64,000 nt of DNA from Squalus acanthias (Eukaryota). Location of the stretch: the NCBI GenBank assembly GCA_030390025.1, contig CM059433.1, positions 30,506,001 through 30,570,000 of the forward strand, given 5' to 3'. The translations under genes were made by a program, and so were the position numbers. This document shows, piece after piece, positions 1 to 13,230 of the stretch (position 1 is its first letter; every line of letters begins with the position of its first letter). The notes beneath the pieces are model-generated. The model was not told where the DNA came from and searched no databases. It saw only the letters and a list, made by a program, of their open reading frames with translations.

Positions 1-716
1 ATCCAACACTTGATTGATAGGAAAATTAAACGTCAACTAGGATTGTTTGTAAGGTAATAAAATGATGAAAGGCCTGTCAGAGTTAAGTGTGATTGTCTAC
101 CTTTCCCCTTGCAGACAGAAAGATAATTGCTGCATGTCAGCGCACTCCACTATTTGCTTTGATGCCTGGGTTCCTTCCAATGGCAAAGGATCGCCTTCAT
201 TAGAGCCAGCAGTTCACTTGCTTACTGGAGTGTGACCTCAATGGAGAAAATGCTCCAAGCACTGCAACCACTGATGTCCAGGGCACAATTATTTAACTGA
301 TGCCAATCAAACATCTGACATGCCAACCTGAACCTCCTCTGAACTTCAGGCATCTCTCAATCAGCAAGGGCGCCAATAACAACCATTAACTCCCCCAGAA
401 AATGTCAAAGCTATAATGAGCACCATACACTTGTGTCAGGTGAAGGTATGCACGACCTGCAATATTTCCTTCCATTTCTTCAGTTTATTGTGACTCCTCT
501 TGTCCAGAAAAGTTTTCAAGTAAACATAACTGGTAGGGAGCACGGGTCGGAAAATGGGGGCTGCAGTGTTGACACATGCTACCTATGCGTGCAGTTCCCA
601 CTGGATGTGTAAGATCATGGAATTATCTTTAACATTTAGGAATAATTGTGGGCTCTCGTTATATTTTGAATCATATAGACAGATTTAATATTTCTTTCTA
701 CTTAATTTTGTCTGAA

Positions 717-1100
717 AGATTGAACAGGCTGGGGCTCTAGAAAAGAAAAGGCCGAGGGGGTGACCTGATCGAGGCCTTCATCTTATGAAAGGGTTTTATA
801 GGGTAGACGGAGATAAGATAATCACCAATAAATCCAGTGGGGAATTCAGGAGAAACCTCTTCATCCAGAGAGTGGTGAGAATGTGGAACTCGCTACCACA
901 GGGAGTGGTTGAGGCGAATAGCATAGACGCATTTAAGGGGAAGCTAGATAAACACATGAGGGAGAAAGGAATAGAAGGATATGCTGATAGAGTTAGATGA
1001 AAAGGAGTGGGAGGAGGCTCATGTGGAGCATAAACACCGGCATGGATTTGATGGGCCGAGTGGCCTGTTTCTGTGGTGTACATTCCATGTAACTCTATAT
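717..1100 (+). mobile_element. CR1 LINE 3' fragment
   Basis: RRNLFIQRVVRMWNSLPQGVVEA...FKGKLD plus CR1 3' UTR. Confidence 0.85.
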
Positions 1101-1223
1101 ATAACACTAAGGCAATAATTGTGCGATCCCATTATACTTTGAATCATATGGACAGATTTAATATTTCTTTCCATTTAATTTTGCCTGAATTAGCAATGTC
1201 TCAAATACTCCTCAATGAAATAT

Positions 1224-1500
1224 AACAACAACAACTTGTATTTATATAGTGCCTTTAACGTAGTAAAACGTCCCAAGGCACTTCACAGGAGTATTAAAAG
1301 ACAAAACAATTTGACACTGAGCCACTTAAGGAGAAATTAGGACAGGTGACCAAAAGCTTGATCAAAGAGGTAGGTTTTAAGGAGCGTCTTAAAGGAGAAA
1401 AGAGAGGTAGCGAGGCGGAGAGGTTTAGGCAGGGAATTCCAGAGCTTAGGGCCTGGTTGAACGATTATAGTCAGGGATGCTCAAGAAGGTAGAATTGCAG
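1224..1500 (-). mobile_element. L2 LINE 3' end
   Basis: (caa)n tail, cttgtatttatatagtgcc, and WNSLP...FKTLLKTYLF on the minus strand. Confidence 0.8.
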
Positions 1501-1531
1501 AATGCTGCAAGTTTGATATAACGTCAACCTT

Positions 1532-3330
1532 CTAGTGCTCTCCTGTAGCATAGAGACCATCCACCTTTGAGATTCTCCCTGTCTAAGTCTTGTGACGTAG
1601 TTTCTTCATGACCACACCAGTTTGGATGAAGGGTTACACCCATGTCAGGCAAGAGTATTAAGGGTTACAGAACCAAGGTGGGTAGATAAAGTTAAGATGC
1701 AGATCAGCCGTGATCTAATTGAATGGCGGAGCAGGCTTGAGTGGCTGAATGGGCTACTCCTGTTCCTATGAAAGTCGCGATATAAATGCAAGATCTTTCT
1801 ATGCGTGGAAGAGCAGGTTTGGTGGGCGTTGCCTCCAATTTTGACACCTTTCTTTCAAAGGGTCTAACTTATGTGTTCTCTCTCCAGATGCTGACCAACC
1901 TGCAGCATTTTCTGGTTTTGTTTTCTTATTGCAAAACTCACAGCTTCTCCTCTATGACATCTCCTAACAGTGTGACCAGGATTTGGCGCTTGCAATGTGA
2001 AGAATCTCGGTTGAAGACGCAAATCCCACTAATCCGTAGCACAGCAGATCAGTTCAACTATGCCGTGATGCCTTCGCAAATTGTTACAAATGGTTAGTTC
2101 TCACAATGCAGGCACTGTAATCTTAAATCCTGAACCTCCGCAACCTTCAGAAAATAAGCTGTCCTCTTTTAATTCTGTCAACGTATGCCACTTAAAACAA
2201 TTAACACATTTAAACAACGTCTGACATATGCGAGCGTTAGCTTACACTGTAAATCTACCGTCTGTATTTACTGCCACCCTCAATTCACTGGCACCTGGGC
2301 AAGTCATTAATCTTGGTTTCCCTCGGAGGTGAGAGGCAAGAGAATTCAGCACAAAGTCACATTAGTCTGCCGCTGGCACGTGATGTACACACATCCGAAT
2401 CAGCACAGGCTGGAACCTCGATACTGAAGACATGCTTTGTTGATGGGATGTGCAGATCTCATCATTGGAAGGAAGACTGAGAGATTTGAGTCAGATTTTT
2501 AAAAAAATATTAAAGGCACCAGCTAAAGAGCAAGTTCTCTGTACTGAAAGAGAAGTGCAGGAGCACAGTCCATGATTTGAAAATTAGCTGCAATGAAAAC
2601 AAGACTGAAGGAGGAACTTGTTCTCGTGCACTAATGCTGATTCAATGAATAAACCATCGTCTAATTCAGTTGATTGAGTGTCTGTTTGAAATATACACTA
2701 AGCAGAATTGGGAACTCAGATACTTTTAGTGCCAGTTGGTGATTGCCCAAATTTGGCCCAAATGAATGGGGCGGGGGGGGGGGGAGCGGGGAAATTTGTG
2801 TCGATAATTTTACCAAAAATGTCAGTGGTTTGAGTGAAAGAGTTACTTAATGACTAACTTTTATTGCTAGTTATCAACGGCAGCAATTTAAGTTAATCTT
2901 CCAAATATGTCCCCCTCCCTAAGTATCTTTCTGTAAATTTCCCCTACCATCGTGGGAGGAGGTGTCTGAATGGGCTGCTTTCTGTGTTGCAGCACCAATG
3001 ACTAAAGTGCATCTTTTAAAATGCTAACCTGGTAATTGCAGTACTGTGTGGAGAGGGGGGACTTTGGGCATTCTAGTGAGTGGCGTTCGATCCATAGTCA
3101 TTCATAGGAACAGGAGTAGCCCATTCAGCCACTCGAGCCTCAATTAGATCATGGCTGATCTGCATCTTAACTTTATCTACCCACCTTGGTTCTGTAACCC
3201 TTAATACTCTTGCCTGACATGGGTGTAACCCTTCATCAAAACTGGTGTGGTCATGAAGAAACTACGTCACAAGACTTAGACAGGGAGAATCTCAAAGGTG
3301 GATGGTCTCTATGCTACAGGAGAGCACTAG
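1532..3330. repeat. Inverted repeat pair: arms 1532-1772 and 3101-3330
   Basis: Arms are reverse complements apart from a few substitutions and one ~11-bp indel. Confidence 0.9.
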
Positions 3331-3589
3331 TCATTTGATAGAGAAGCAAACCTGCAGCCAAGTTGATTATATACATTTGTCCATCTCGGTTAGTGAATGA
3401 GGAAGATGATGTGCATCCATGTCAAGTAAGGAAGACCTTTTAATTCATTTGTGTCCATCTGCTTTCCTTGGTAGGTTTCTTGCAGAAGGGAATATGAGGG
3501 CTTTTGTAAGTACCCATCTGTCCAATTCCTAATGAGCTAGTGGGCAGGTTCGTTAGCCTCGTGATGGCAATGCATTCACCTGCATCAGC

Positions 3590-5090
3590 CCATCTGCTGC
3601 TGAAACCCTCATTCATGCTTTTGTTACCTCCAGACTTGCCTATTCCAATGCTCTCCTGGCTAGCCTCTCATCTTCCGCCCCCTGTAAACATTGGTTCATC
3701 CAAAACTCTGCTGACTATATTCTGACTCGCACCAAGTCCCATTCACCCATGTGCTCGCTGACCAACATTGGCCCCCCCGGTCCCACAATGTCTCAAATTT
3801 AAAATTCTCATGTTGTGTTCAAAACCCTCCAAGGCCTCACCCCTCCCTATCTCTGTAACCACCTTCAGCACTACAACCCTCCAGGAACTGTGCGTTCCTC
3901 TAATTCTGACCTCTTATCATGCCCAATTTCCTTCATCCGTTGGCAACCGTGCCTTCAGCTGTCTAGGCCCTAAGCTCTAGAATTCCCTCCCTAAACCTCT
4001 CCACCAATCTCTCCTCCTTTAAGGCACTTCTTAAAGCATACCTCTTTGACCAAGCTTTTGGTCACCTATCCTAATATTTCCTAGATGGCAGTGTCAGTTG
4101 TGAAGAGGATGTGAAGAGGCTTCAAGGGGATCTCGACAGGCTCAGTGAGTGGCCGAGAACATGGCAGATGGAATATAATGTGGATAAATGTGAAGTTATC
4201 CACTTTGGAAGAAAAAACAGAAAGGCAGAGTATTTCCTAAATGGTGAAAGATTGGGGAATGCAAATGCTCAAAGGGTCCTGGGTGTCCTTGTACATGAGT
4301 CACTGAAAGTGAATGTGCAGCTGCAGCAAGCCATTAGGAAGGCAAATGGTATGCTGGCCTTCATTACAAGAGGATTTGAGTACAGGAGTAAAGAAGTCTT
4401 ACTCCAATTATATAGGGCCTTGGTGAGACCACACCTGGAGTACTGTGTACAATTTTGGTCTCCTTACCTAAGGAAGGATATACTTGCCATAGAGGGAGTG
4501 CAATGAAGGTTCACGAGATTGATTCCTGGGATGGCGGGACTGTCTTATGAGAAGAAATTGAGTAAACTAGGCCTGTATTCTCTTGAATTCAGAAGAATGA
4601 GAGGGGATCTCATTGAAGCATACAAAATTATTACAGGGCTTGATAGGGTAGATGCTGGGAGAATGTTTCCCTTGGCTGGGGAGTCTAGAACCAGGGGCCA
4701 CAGCCTCAGGATAAAGGGTAGGCCATTCAGGACTGAGATGAGAAGAAATTTCTTCACACAAAGGGTGGTGAATCTTTGGAAATCTCTACCCCAGAGGGCT
4801 GTGGAAGCTCAGTCATTGGGTATATTCAAAACAGAAGTTGATAGATTTCTGACTAGTAAAGGCATCAAGGGATATGGCGATAGGGCTGGTGAATGGAGTT
4901 GAGGCAGATGATCAGCCATGATCTCATTGAATGACGGAGCAGGTTTGAAGGGCCGAATGGCCTAATCCTGCTCCTATTTCTTATGTTCTTATGTGGCTCG
5001 GTGTCAAATTTTGTATGATAACGGTCCTGTGAAGCTCCTTGGGATGTTTTACTGCATTAAAGGCGCTATATAAATGCAAGTTGTTGTTGT
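3590..5090 (+). mobile_element. L2 LINE 3' end (3590-4082 and 4993-5090) split by a CR1
   Basis: FKILML, GNRAFSCLGPKL; (ttg)n tail at 5080-5090. Confidence 0.8.
4083..4992 (+). mobile_element. CR1 LINE 3' fragment nested in an L2 tail
   Basis: KCEVIHFG, LVRPHLEYCVQFWSP, RRMRGDLIE; (ttcttatg)n tail. Confidence 0.92.
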
Positions 5091-5699
5091 ATGATTCTAT
5101 GATGACTTCCTCAGTAATGGGGGTCATAGGTTAAAGACAGACATACTATAGAAAGGGAAGAGCAGTGATCTAGAAAGAAGCATGCCATCATAGAGGTATA
5201 AATGCATAGCTGTAAACAGAATAAGAGAATTTATAGAACTAGGAAATGACATTCAACTGAAGTCTATTCCTCCTACAGTGCCCTCTTCTGCACTCTGTCC
5301 AATCCATTTAGTTTCCCGAGGGAAGAACACCAACAACAGATACATTTTCAAGAAAAGTAAAGCTTTGCGGAAGTTCTTCCTTGATTCCACCCCTGCCCCC
5401 CCACCAGCATAATCACAAATATTGAACCAGTCTTACAACACACACCTAATGATCTGATTTTTTGCACTCTGTGGTTCAAGGTCTCTGAAGTGCATAAACC
5501 ACCTTGTTCCACACAGTATTTGATTATCTATGCTGACCTTTATCCTTATAGCCTTCAATCCTATTTTTTAATGGATATTCATCCAGATCTTTTCTGAAGA
5601 AGTTAATCAATATTTTAATGCTAATCAAACTTCTCTTTGGCTGTTGAGCTAAGAAGTTTTCTATATCTAGGAGAAAGTTCAAGGCCTGTAAAGAAAATG

Positions 5700-5982
5700 A
5701 AAGTGTTGCATTTACATTCCACCTTTCACAACTTCAGCATGTCTCAAAGCGATTCACAGCCAATGAAGTACTTTTGAAGTGTAGTTACTGTTGTAATGCA
5801 GGAAACTTGGCAGCCAATTTGCGCACAGCAAGGTCCCACAAACAGCAATGTGATACTGACCAGATAATCGGTTTTAGTGATGGTGGTTGAAGGATAAATA
5901 TTGGCCAGGACACCAGAGGGAAAATCCCCTGCTCTTCAAATAGTGCCGTGGGATCTTTTATGCCCACCTGAGAGGGCAGACA
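5700..5982 (-). mobile_element. SINE 3' half
   Basis: Family body gaagtacttttgaagtgtagt...ataaatattggccagga. Confidence 0.8.
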
Positions 5983-6289
5983 CCATTGGTTGGACACAAC
6001 CGAGACAAGCTTAAAATGAGCAGGAGAAATGGGATAAATCAAGTAACAATTACTAGAAACATGTCAAGCTTTGGTTTCAAAAGCCTGTAGGTTATAGGAG
6101 GAAGGTAAGGCTGAGGAGGGTAAGGAGCTCCACCGCATTCAGATTCTGGCAAAGAATGTGTTAAGAATAGAATAAGTCTTGATTTCAATACTGTGAAGAA
6201 AGCAAGGAGGAGGAAGAGCTTTAGGATAAGCATATTTGTAGGTGAGGAGAAATGAAATGGGAATATTCAAAGGAGCAATGATCATGGTA

Positions 6290-6590
6290 TTAGAATCATA
6301 CAGCTCAGAAGGAGGCCATTTGGCCCTTTGTGCCTGTGCTGGCTCTTTCAAAGAGATATCCAATTAGTTCCATTCCCCTGCTCTTTCAGCCATAGCCCTG
6401 CAAAATTTTCCTTTTCAAGTATATATACACAATCCAATTCCCCTTTGAAAGTTACTATTGAATCTGCTTCCACCTTTCATCCATTCTGGTAAATCTCTTC
6501 TTCAAGGCCTTGACATCCTTTCTAAGTGCGGTGCCCAGGATTGGACACAATACTCTAGCTGAAAAATAACTCGTGATTTATAAAGGTTTA
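6290..6590 (-). mobile_element. CR1 3' fragment with internal deletion
   Basis: CR1 3' UTR (tagaatca tail) and a piece of the CVQFW region. Confidence 0.75.
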
Positions 6591-7439
6591 CCTTTACAAA
6601 GTGTTATATTAGTGTGGTTAATTTACTCTGTGCATTAGAGCTGGTACATGTTCTAAATGCACACTTGGAAGAGTAGTTTTCGCATTAACATTAATGAAGC
6701 AGGCACTAAGTTTAATGCACACTCCTTAACTTGCTCATGGGAGGAAATTTCTGACAGACAGGTTCCTGCACAGACTTGCAGTTAATGCTTTCTTTGCACG
6801 GTAACTAACATTTGATGAGAAACATGTAAATTTACCCAGGATTTACTCCAATCCCATCAATTCTCCCATTTAAAACTGGCATTGAAGCACCAAAGGTAGC
6901 CAGCACAGTTTGAGTGATGAGCAGAGCAATAGATGCTGTGAATTTTATAGCATGGATGAAGCATTAAGCCTCTGCTAGACAGTTTGGAGGATGATGACCA
7001 GGGACACAGAAGACTAGGCACTGGCTTATTGTAAAGAAGAGAGGTGGATAAATCGGGAAGGGTCGCTAGTGTATCTTCTTGCAATTCCACTGGCTGCCCA
7101 ACTGTACGTATGGCAAACCCACCCTGCCTTGCCATTCCTGCTGTCCTTTTCCAGCGTTGAGGCCTGCAGGCTTTGGAGGTGCTTCTCCTGTTTCTTGCCC
7201 AGAGGCAAGTACTGGTAGCAAGTGAAGCCCACCAGCGTGTTCCTGTGCGTGGTGCTATCAGAGACCTGGTCCTAACAGCAACCACTGATCTCAGTGGGCA
7301 GGGACGAATGTGGGTCCCAGATTCCTTCCTCTCAAAGTCATCCCAATTGTGCTTCCAAGCCAACCAAGATCGGCCTTCAACGTACCTTGGAGTTTGGACC
7401 TTACTCTCTCTCAGCATCGTCAGTGAGAGCATTCCTGAT

Positions 7440-7905
7440 AAACAACAACAACAACTTGCATTTATATAGCACCTTTAAAGTAGTAAAACGTCCCATGGCA
7501 CGTCACAGGAGCATTACCGAGCCACATAAAGAGATGTTAGGACAGGAGACCAAAAGCTTGGTCAAAGGTTTTAAGGAGCGTCTTAAAGGAAGAGGGAGAG
7601 GTAGAGAGGCAGAGAGATTTAGGGAGGGAATTCCAGAGCCTAGGGCCTAGGCAGCTAATGGCACGGCCACCAATGGAAATCGGGGATGCGCAAGAGCCCA
7701 AAATTGGAGGAACGCAGAGTTCTCGGAGGGTAGTAGGGCTGAGGCTGTTACAGAGATAGGGAGGGGTGAGGCCATGGAGGGATTTGAACACAAGGATGAG
7801 AATTTTAAATTTGAGGCCTTGCCGGACTGGGAGCCAAAGTAGGTCAGCGAGCACAGGGGTGATGGGTGAATGGGACTTGTTGCAAGTTCGGATACTGGCA
7901 GCAGA
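7440..7905 (-). mobile_element. L2 LINE 3' end
   Basis: LADLLWLPV...FKILILVFKSLHGLTPPYL...LWNSLP. Confidence 0.88.
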
Positions 7906-8207
7906 GAATCACTAATTGGTCTCGCGGATGAGCGTTAAAGCAAAGAACAGTAAAAGTGGACATTTTACTGAGAGATGGGATGGCTACACAGCAGTGTATA
8001 CCTTGTGAGGCAGAATAGAAAAATACAAAATAGCTTGATATCTGCAGTTACGAAAGCAGAGTGGGTGCTGTAACAATTTCAGGTCCATATATGTATCAGT
8101 GAACAACGTACATTAAATTCCACTACATACGAGCCTTTTGCAGTCTATTGTATCACTTCTGAAATATCCATATTATCTATTTTAGTGCTCCACTCCAAGC
8201 ACGCTAA

Positions 8208-8485
8208 GGACTTGTATTTATATAGCGCCTTTCACAATGTCAGGACGTCCCAAAGCGCTTCACAACCAAGGAAGTACTTTTGAAGTGTAGTCACTGTTGT
8301 AATGTAGGAAATATGGCAGCCAAATTGAGCACAGGAAGCTCCCATAAACAGAATGTGATAATGACCAGATAATCTGTTTTAGGTGTTTGTTGAGGGATAA
8401 ATATTGGCCAGGACGCCAAGGAGAACTCCCCTGCTCTTTTAGAGAATAGAACTTTTACGTCCAACTGAGAGGGCAGATGGAGCCT
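8208..8485 (-). mobile_element. SINE 3' half
   Basis: Same family body. Confidence 0.8.
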
Positions 8486-8500
8486 CTTATGACAAGGGTT

Positions 8501-9942
8501 ACATAAGAACATAAGAAATAGGAGCAGGAGAAGGACATTTAGGCCCTTCGAGCCTGCTCCGCCATTCAATAAGATCATGGCTGACCTTCTACCTCATCTC
8601 CACTTTCCTGAACTATCCCCATATCCCTTGATTCCCTTAATATTCAAAAATCTATCAATCTCTGTCTTGAATATACTCAACGACTGAGCCTCCACAGCCC
8701 TCTGGGGTAGAGAATTCCAAAGATTCACCACCCTCTGAGTGAAGAAATTTCTCCTCATCTCAGTCCTAAATGGCCGACCCCTTATTCTGAGACTGTGACC
8801 CTGGTTCTAGACTCCCCAGCCAGGGGAAACATCCTCCCTGCATCTACCCTGTCAAACCCTGTAAGAATTTTGTATGTTTCAATGAGATCACCTCTCATTC
8901 TTCTAAACTCCAGAGAATATAGGGCTAGTCTACTCAATCTGTCCTCATAGGACAATCCCCCCATCCCAGGAACCAGTCTGGTGAACCTTCGTTGCACTTC
9001 CTTAGGTAAGGAGACCAAAACTGTACACAATACTCCAGGTGTGGTCTCACCAGGGCCCTATATAATTGCAGCAAGACGTCTTTACTCTTATACTCAAATC
9101 CTCTTGTAATAAAGGCCAACATACCATTTGCTTTGCTAATTGCTTGCTGTACTTGCATGTTAACTTTCAGTGATTCGTGTACAAGGACACCCAGATTCCT
9201 CTGAACACCAACATTTCTCAATCTCTCACCATTTAAAAAATACTCTGCTTTTCTATTTTTCCTACCAAAGTGGATAACTTCACATTTCACCACATTATAT
9301 TCCATTTGCTATGTTCTTGCCCACTTAGCCTGTCTATATCCCCTTGAAGCCTCCTTGCATCCTCCTCACAACTTATATTCCCACCCAGCTTTGTATCATC
9401 AGCAAACTTGGATATATTGCATTTGGTCCCCTCATCCAAATCATTGATATAGATTGTGAATCGCTGAGGCCCAAGCACTGATCCTTGCGGTACCCCACTA
9501 GTTACAGCCTGCCAACCCGAAAATGACCCGTTTATTCCTACTCTCTGTTTTCTGTCCATTAACCAATCCTCAATCCATGCTAGTATATTACCCCCAATCT
9601 CATGAGCCCTAATTTTGTTTAATAACCTCTTGTGTGGCACCTTATTGAATGCCTTCTGAAAATCCAAATACACCACATCCACTGGTTCCCCCTTATCTAT
9701 TCTGCTAGTTACAACCTCAAAAAACTCCAACAGATTTGTCAAATACGATTTCCCTTTCATAAATCCGTGTTGACTCTGCCCAATCTTATTATTATTTTCT
9801 AAGTGCCCTGTTACCACGTCCTTAATAATAGATTCTAGCATTTTCCCTGCTACTGATGTCAGGCTAATTGGCCTGTAGTTCCGTTTTCTCTCTCCCTCCT
9901 TTCTTAAATATTGGGTTTACATTTGCTACCTTCCAATCTGCG
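8501..9942 (-). mobile_element. CR1 LINE RT fragment, frameshifted
   Basis: QHGFMKGKS, YLDFQKAF, GVPQGSVLGP, FADD; (cataagaa)n tail. Confidence 0.93.
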
Positions 9943-10099
9943 AAACCGCGATGAAGAAGGGTGGGAGGAGTCTTGTGTGGAGCCCAAACAACAGCATGGA
10001 CCATCTGAAAAAATGAGACTCCACACTCATAAAAGTAAATTTTCAGTGCCAGACAGGTTGTTTGGTAGTAATTAAGACTTATCACACCATTAAAAGAGC

Positions 10100-10386
10100 A
10101 ATTACACTGGAATGGACAAACCCTAACTTTTTCTGGTGCGTTTAGTGTGTATATGTCAGGTAAGTGCAGCTACTCCATGCCCTTCCATGTATTTCAATGG
10201 CGAGTCTCTCGATGAGATACCGTTAAGATGCTGCTTCTGGAGTAACAGGGCAACTCGGACAGCAACTTCCTGATTTACGTATTTAACTGCGCATGTGCGG
10301 TCACCGGAAGTTCCTGTCCAATTTACACGTTAATAACAGTGAGCGCTGTTAGTCGTGCCATTATTTTTACTGCAAAATCCAGTCCA
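10100..10386. mobile_element. Degenerate MITE-like palindromic element
   Basis: acttcc...tgcgcatgtgcg...ggaagt symmetric core and a gcaaaatccagtcc TIR-like end. Confidence 0.35.
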
Positions 10387-10651
10387 ATATGGCTAAATGA
10401 GATCTTCCAGCACCTTCAGCAGCTTGCTGTTGGACCTTGTTAAGTTTGTGACGTCCCCTCAGCCCCAGAACTACTCTGTTTGTTCAACAGTGATAATCTT
10501 GATCAACAACCTCTTCAACTGACCAGCTAGCAGATGAGGATGTATATTTTTCACAGTTGCTGGAAGGGGTCTTTGAGCATAACAGAATAGCAAGAGCAAC
10601 ACTCGCTGAACTGGAACAGGCTCAAATCTCAAAGGCTTTCCCATGAGGCCA

Positions 10652-11119
10652 GTGTCAGCCATGGCTCAGTGAGTCGCACTCTCGCCTCTAAGTCAGAAGG
10701 TTGTGGGTTCAAGTTCCACTCCAGAGACTTGAACACAAAAATCCAGGATGACACTCCAGTGCATTAGTGAGGGAGTGCGGCACCGTTGGAGGTGCCGTCT
10801 TTCAGATGAGACGTTAGACCGAGGCCCTGTCTGCCCTCTCAGGTGGACGTAAAAAATCCCATGGCATTATTTCGAAGAAGAGCAGGGGAGTTCTCCCCGG
10901 TGTCCTGGCCAATATTTATCTGTCAATCAACATCACAAAAAAAAAGATTATCTGGTCATTATCACATTGCTGTTTGTGGGACCTGGTGAGGCACAAATTG
11001 GCTAACGAATTTTTTACATTACAACAGTGACGACACTTCAAAAGTACTTCATTGTCTGTAAAACGCTTTGGGACATCCTTGGTCGTGAAAGGCGCTATAG
11101 AAATGCAAGTCTTTCTTTC
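10652..11119 (+). mobile_element. Full-length tRNA-head Deu-type SINE (SacSINE1-like)
   Basis: A-box tggctcagt, B-box ggttcaagtt, conserved body, ggcgctatagaaatgcaagt(cttt)n tail. Confidence 0.85.
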
Positions 11120-11411
11120 ATTACGTGTGAGTTTGAACAGTGAACATTGACAGACTATTTGACCACTGCCGCCATCACGGAAGAATCCAATTCCGTCTTC
11201 ACCCAGCACTCAATTTCCAGCAGCATTCATTGGACAGAAACTCTGGCTGATTTTTACCTTCCATAGCCTCGGAATTCTGCGGCCAATTGCAACATTTCCC
11301 AGCTGAGATTATCGAAGCAGCGTCCTTCTGTTCTGCATGACTTAACACCGGCACAGGCATGATGGCCTGAACGGCCTCCTTCTGTGCTACATTAGTATAT
11401 GATTCTAACAG

Positions 11412-11535
11412 CATTAGGCCATCAGAGGATGTACAGAGAGACAGAGGGAAGACAGTGTTTAACACCAATAACAGTATTAGACTATCGAGAGAGTAGAGAG
11501 ACAGAGGGAAGACAGTGTTTAACACCAATAACAGC
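11412..11535 (+). repeat. Two-copy ~60-bp tandem duplication
   Basis: agagacagagggaagacagtgtttaacaccaataacag occurs twice. Confidence 0.85.
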
Positions 11536-11829
11536 CTGATGCTGAGGTGCTACAGCCCAAGGTTGAGGAACATGCCAGTCCATCAAGTATTAGGAAAATC
11601 AATATGTGCTTTCCCCCTGCCAGTGTTCTTTGCAGCTGCAGTAGGAAGCTGAGCTGTACGAAGCCTGGAGAATCCACTTTGCTGCTCTAACGATTCTGGA
11701 AGCTTAAAACATCATTCTAAAAATATCACCCAGTTGGATTTATTCTGTCTAGAAACAAAACCTTGAAAAGTTTGAAAATATGTCTGCATGTTTTCCTTTC
11801 ATCCATACTAGTGAATTGTGTGATGTACG

Positions 11830-12000
11830 GAAGGTAGGGGGGATGTTGAAAGTAGGAGATCTAAAAAAGGGAATGCGAGGGGCCAAGTGAGAGTATGAAA
11901 ATAGATTAGTGGCGAAAGTAAAAGGGATCCCAAAAGTCTTTTATAAACATATAAATAGTAAAAGCGTATTCAAAGGAGGGGTGGGGCCAATTAGGGACTA
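11830..12000 (+). mobile_element. CR1 ORF2 internal fragment
   Basis: Similar to 51790-51925 (KVFYKHINSK region). Confidence 0.6.
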
Positions 12001-12043
12001 AACACACCAACAACATCAGTAGCTCACGGTTTGGGTTTTAGGG

Positions 12044-12510
12044 GGTCAGCCATGGCTTAGTGGTAGCACTCTCGCCTCTGAGTCAGAAGGTCGTGGGTTC
12101 AAGTCCCACTCCAGAGACTTGAGCACATAATCTAGGCTGACACCTCAATCCACTGCTCAGGGAGTGGTGCACTGTTGGAGGTGCTGTCTTTCGGATGAGA
12201 TGTTAAACCGAGGCCCTGTCTGCCCTCGCAGGTGGATGTAAAAGATCCCATGGCACTACTTCGAAGAAGAGCAGGTGAGTTCTCCCTGGTGTCCTGGCCA
12301 ATATTTATCCCTCAACCAAAATCATTAAAACTGATGATCTGGCCATTATCACACTGCTGTTGTGTGGGATCGTGCTGTGTGAAAATTGTCAGCCACGTTT
12401 CCCTACATTACAACAATGACTACACTTCAAAAGTATGTCATTGGCTGTAAAGCACTTTGGGACATCCTGAGGTGGTGAAAGGCGTTAAAGAAATGCAGGT
12501 TCTTTCCTTT
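12044..12510 (+). mobile_element. Full-length SINE, same family
   Basis: Collinear with 10652-11119. Confidence 0.85.
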
Positions 12511-13230
12511 CCCCTTAAAACAAAGAAGTACTGCATGAGTTAAATTCGATTTTGTAACCAGCCTAGAGAGAATGATTGCAGTGAGCAGTGTGATCTGTTC
12601 CTCTGGACTGGAAAGTGGCAGCTTCTGCAAGGCAGGCTGTTGCAGGCATTAAAACCTCACTTCACAACTCCCCGCAGAGGTGGCAAAGACTCCGTAAATC
12701 TCATCGTTCCTGCAAGGTGTAAAATTAGGGATGAGCTAACAGGCTGAGTTTGGAGGTTTGTGCTCAGTCTGCAGGTCAAGGGGGCTGAAATATTTCTGAG
12801 CCTATCCATGCATTAATGGCTGAGAGCTGCCTCCGTGCCAATGAATTTAGAGGCATTTTTATTTTTACTGAGAAGAGGAGTCGTTAACGATAACAGGTTT
12901 CACATTTAAGGTCAAAACTTTCTGAGAAAAGCGTGCTGAAAGTCAGCTTTAATCCTCAGCCATTCCCATGTAAATAAATGAGGTTGACAAAAGCTGCTGA
13001 TTCACTGTGATGCCAGCAATGTATTATTAGGCAAACAAGAGCTTAAACTACAAAAGGAAACCCGTTCCAGCTTCAGAATGAAGCATTCATTCATTTATCT
13101 TTACCTGCAATTTATTTACCATTTTCAAAAAGGGGACACCAAACCTGGACATCAGGTCCAAAGCTTCTCCTTGCAAAGGAACAGTGCAAAGAAAGTCTGG
13201 AGATGTAATCTGCCGGGTGTGATGAGGGTT

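Noticed and set aside
6857..7432. 191-aa minus-strand ORF
   Set aside because: No recognisable domain, no EYS similarity and no convincing splice context; probably a chance ORF.
10652..10730. tRNA-like sequences with A and B boxes (many copies)
   Set aside because: They are SINE heads continuous with the SINE body, not tRNA genes.
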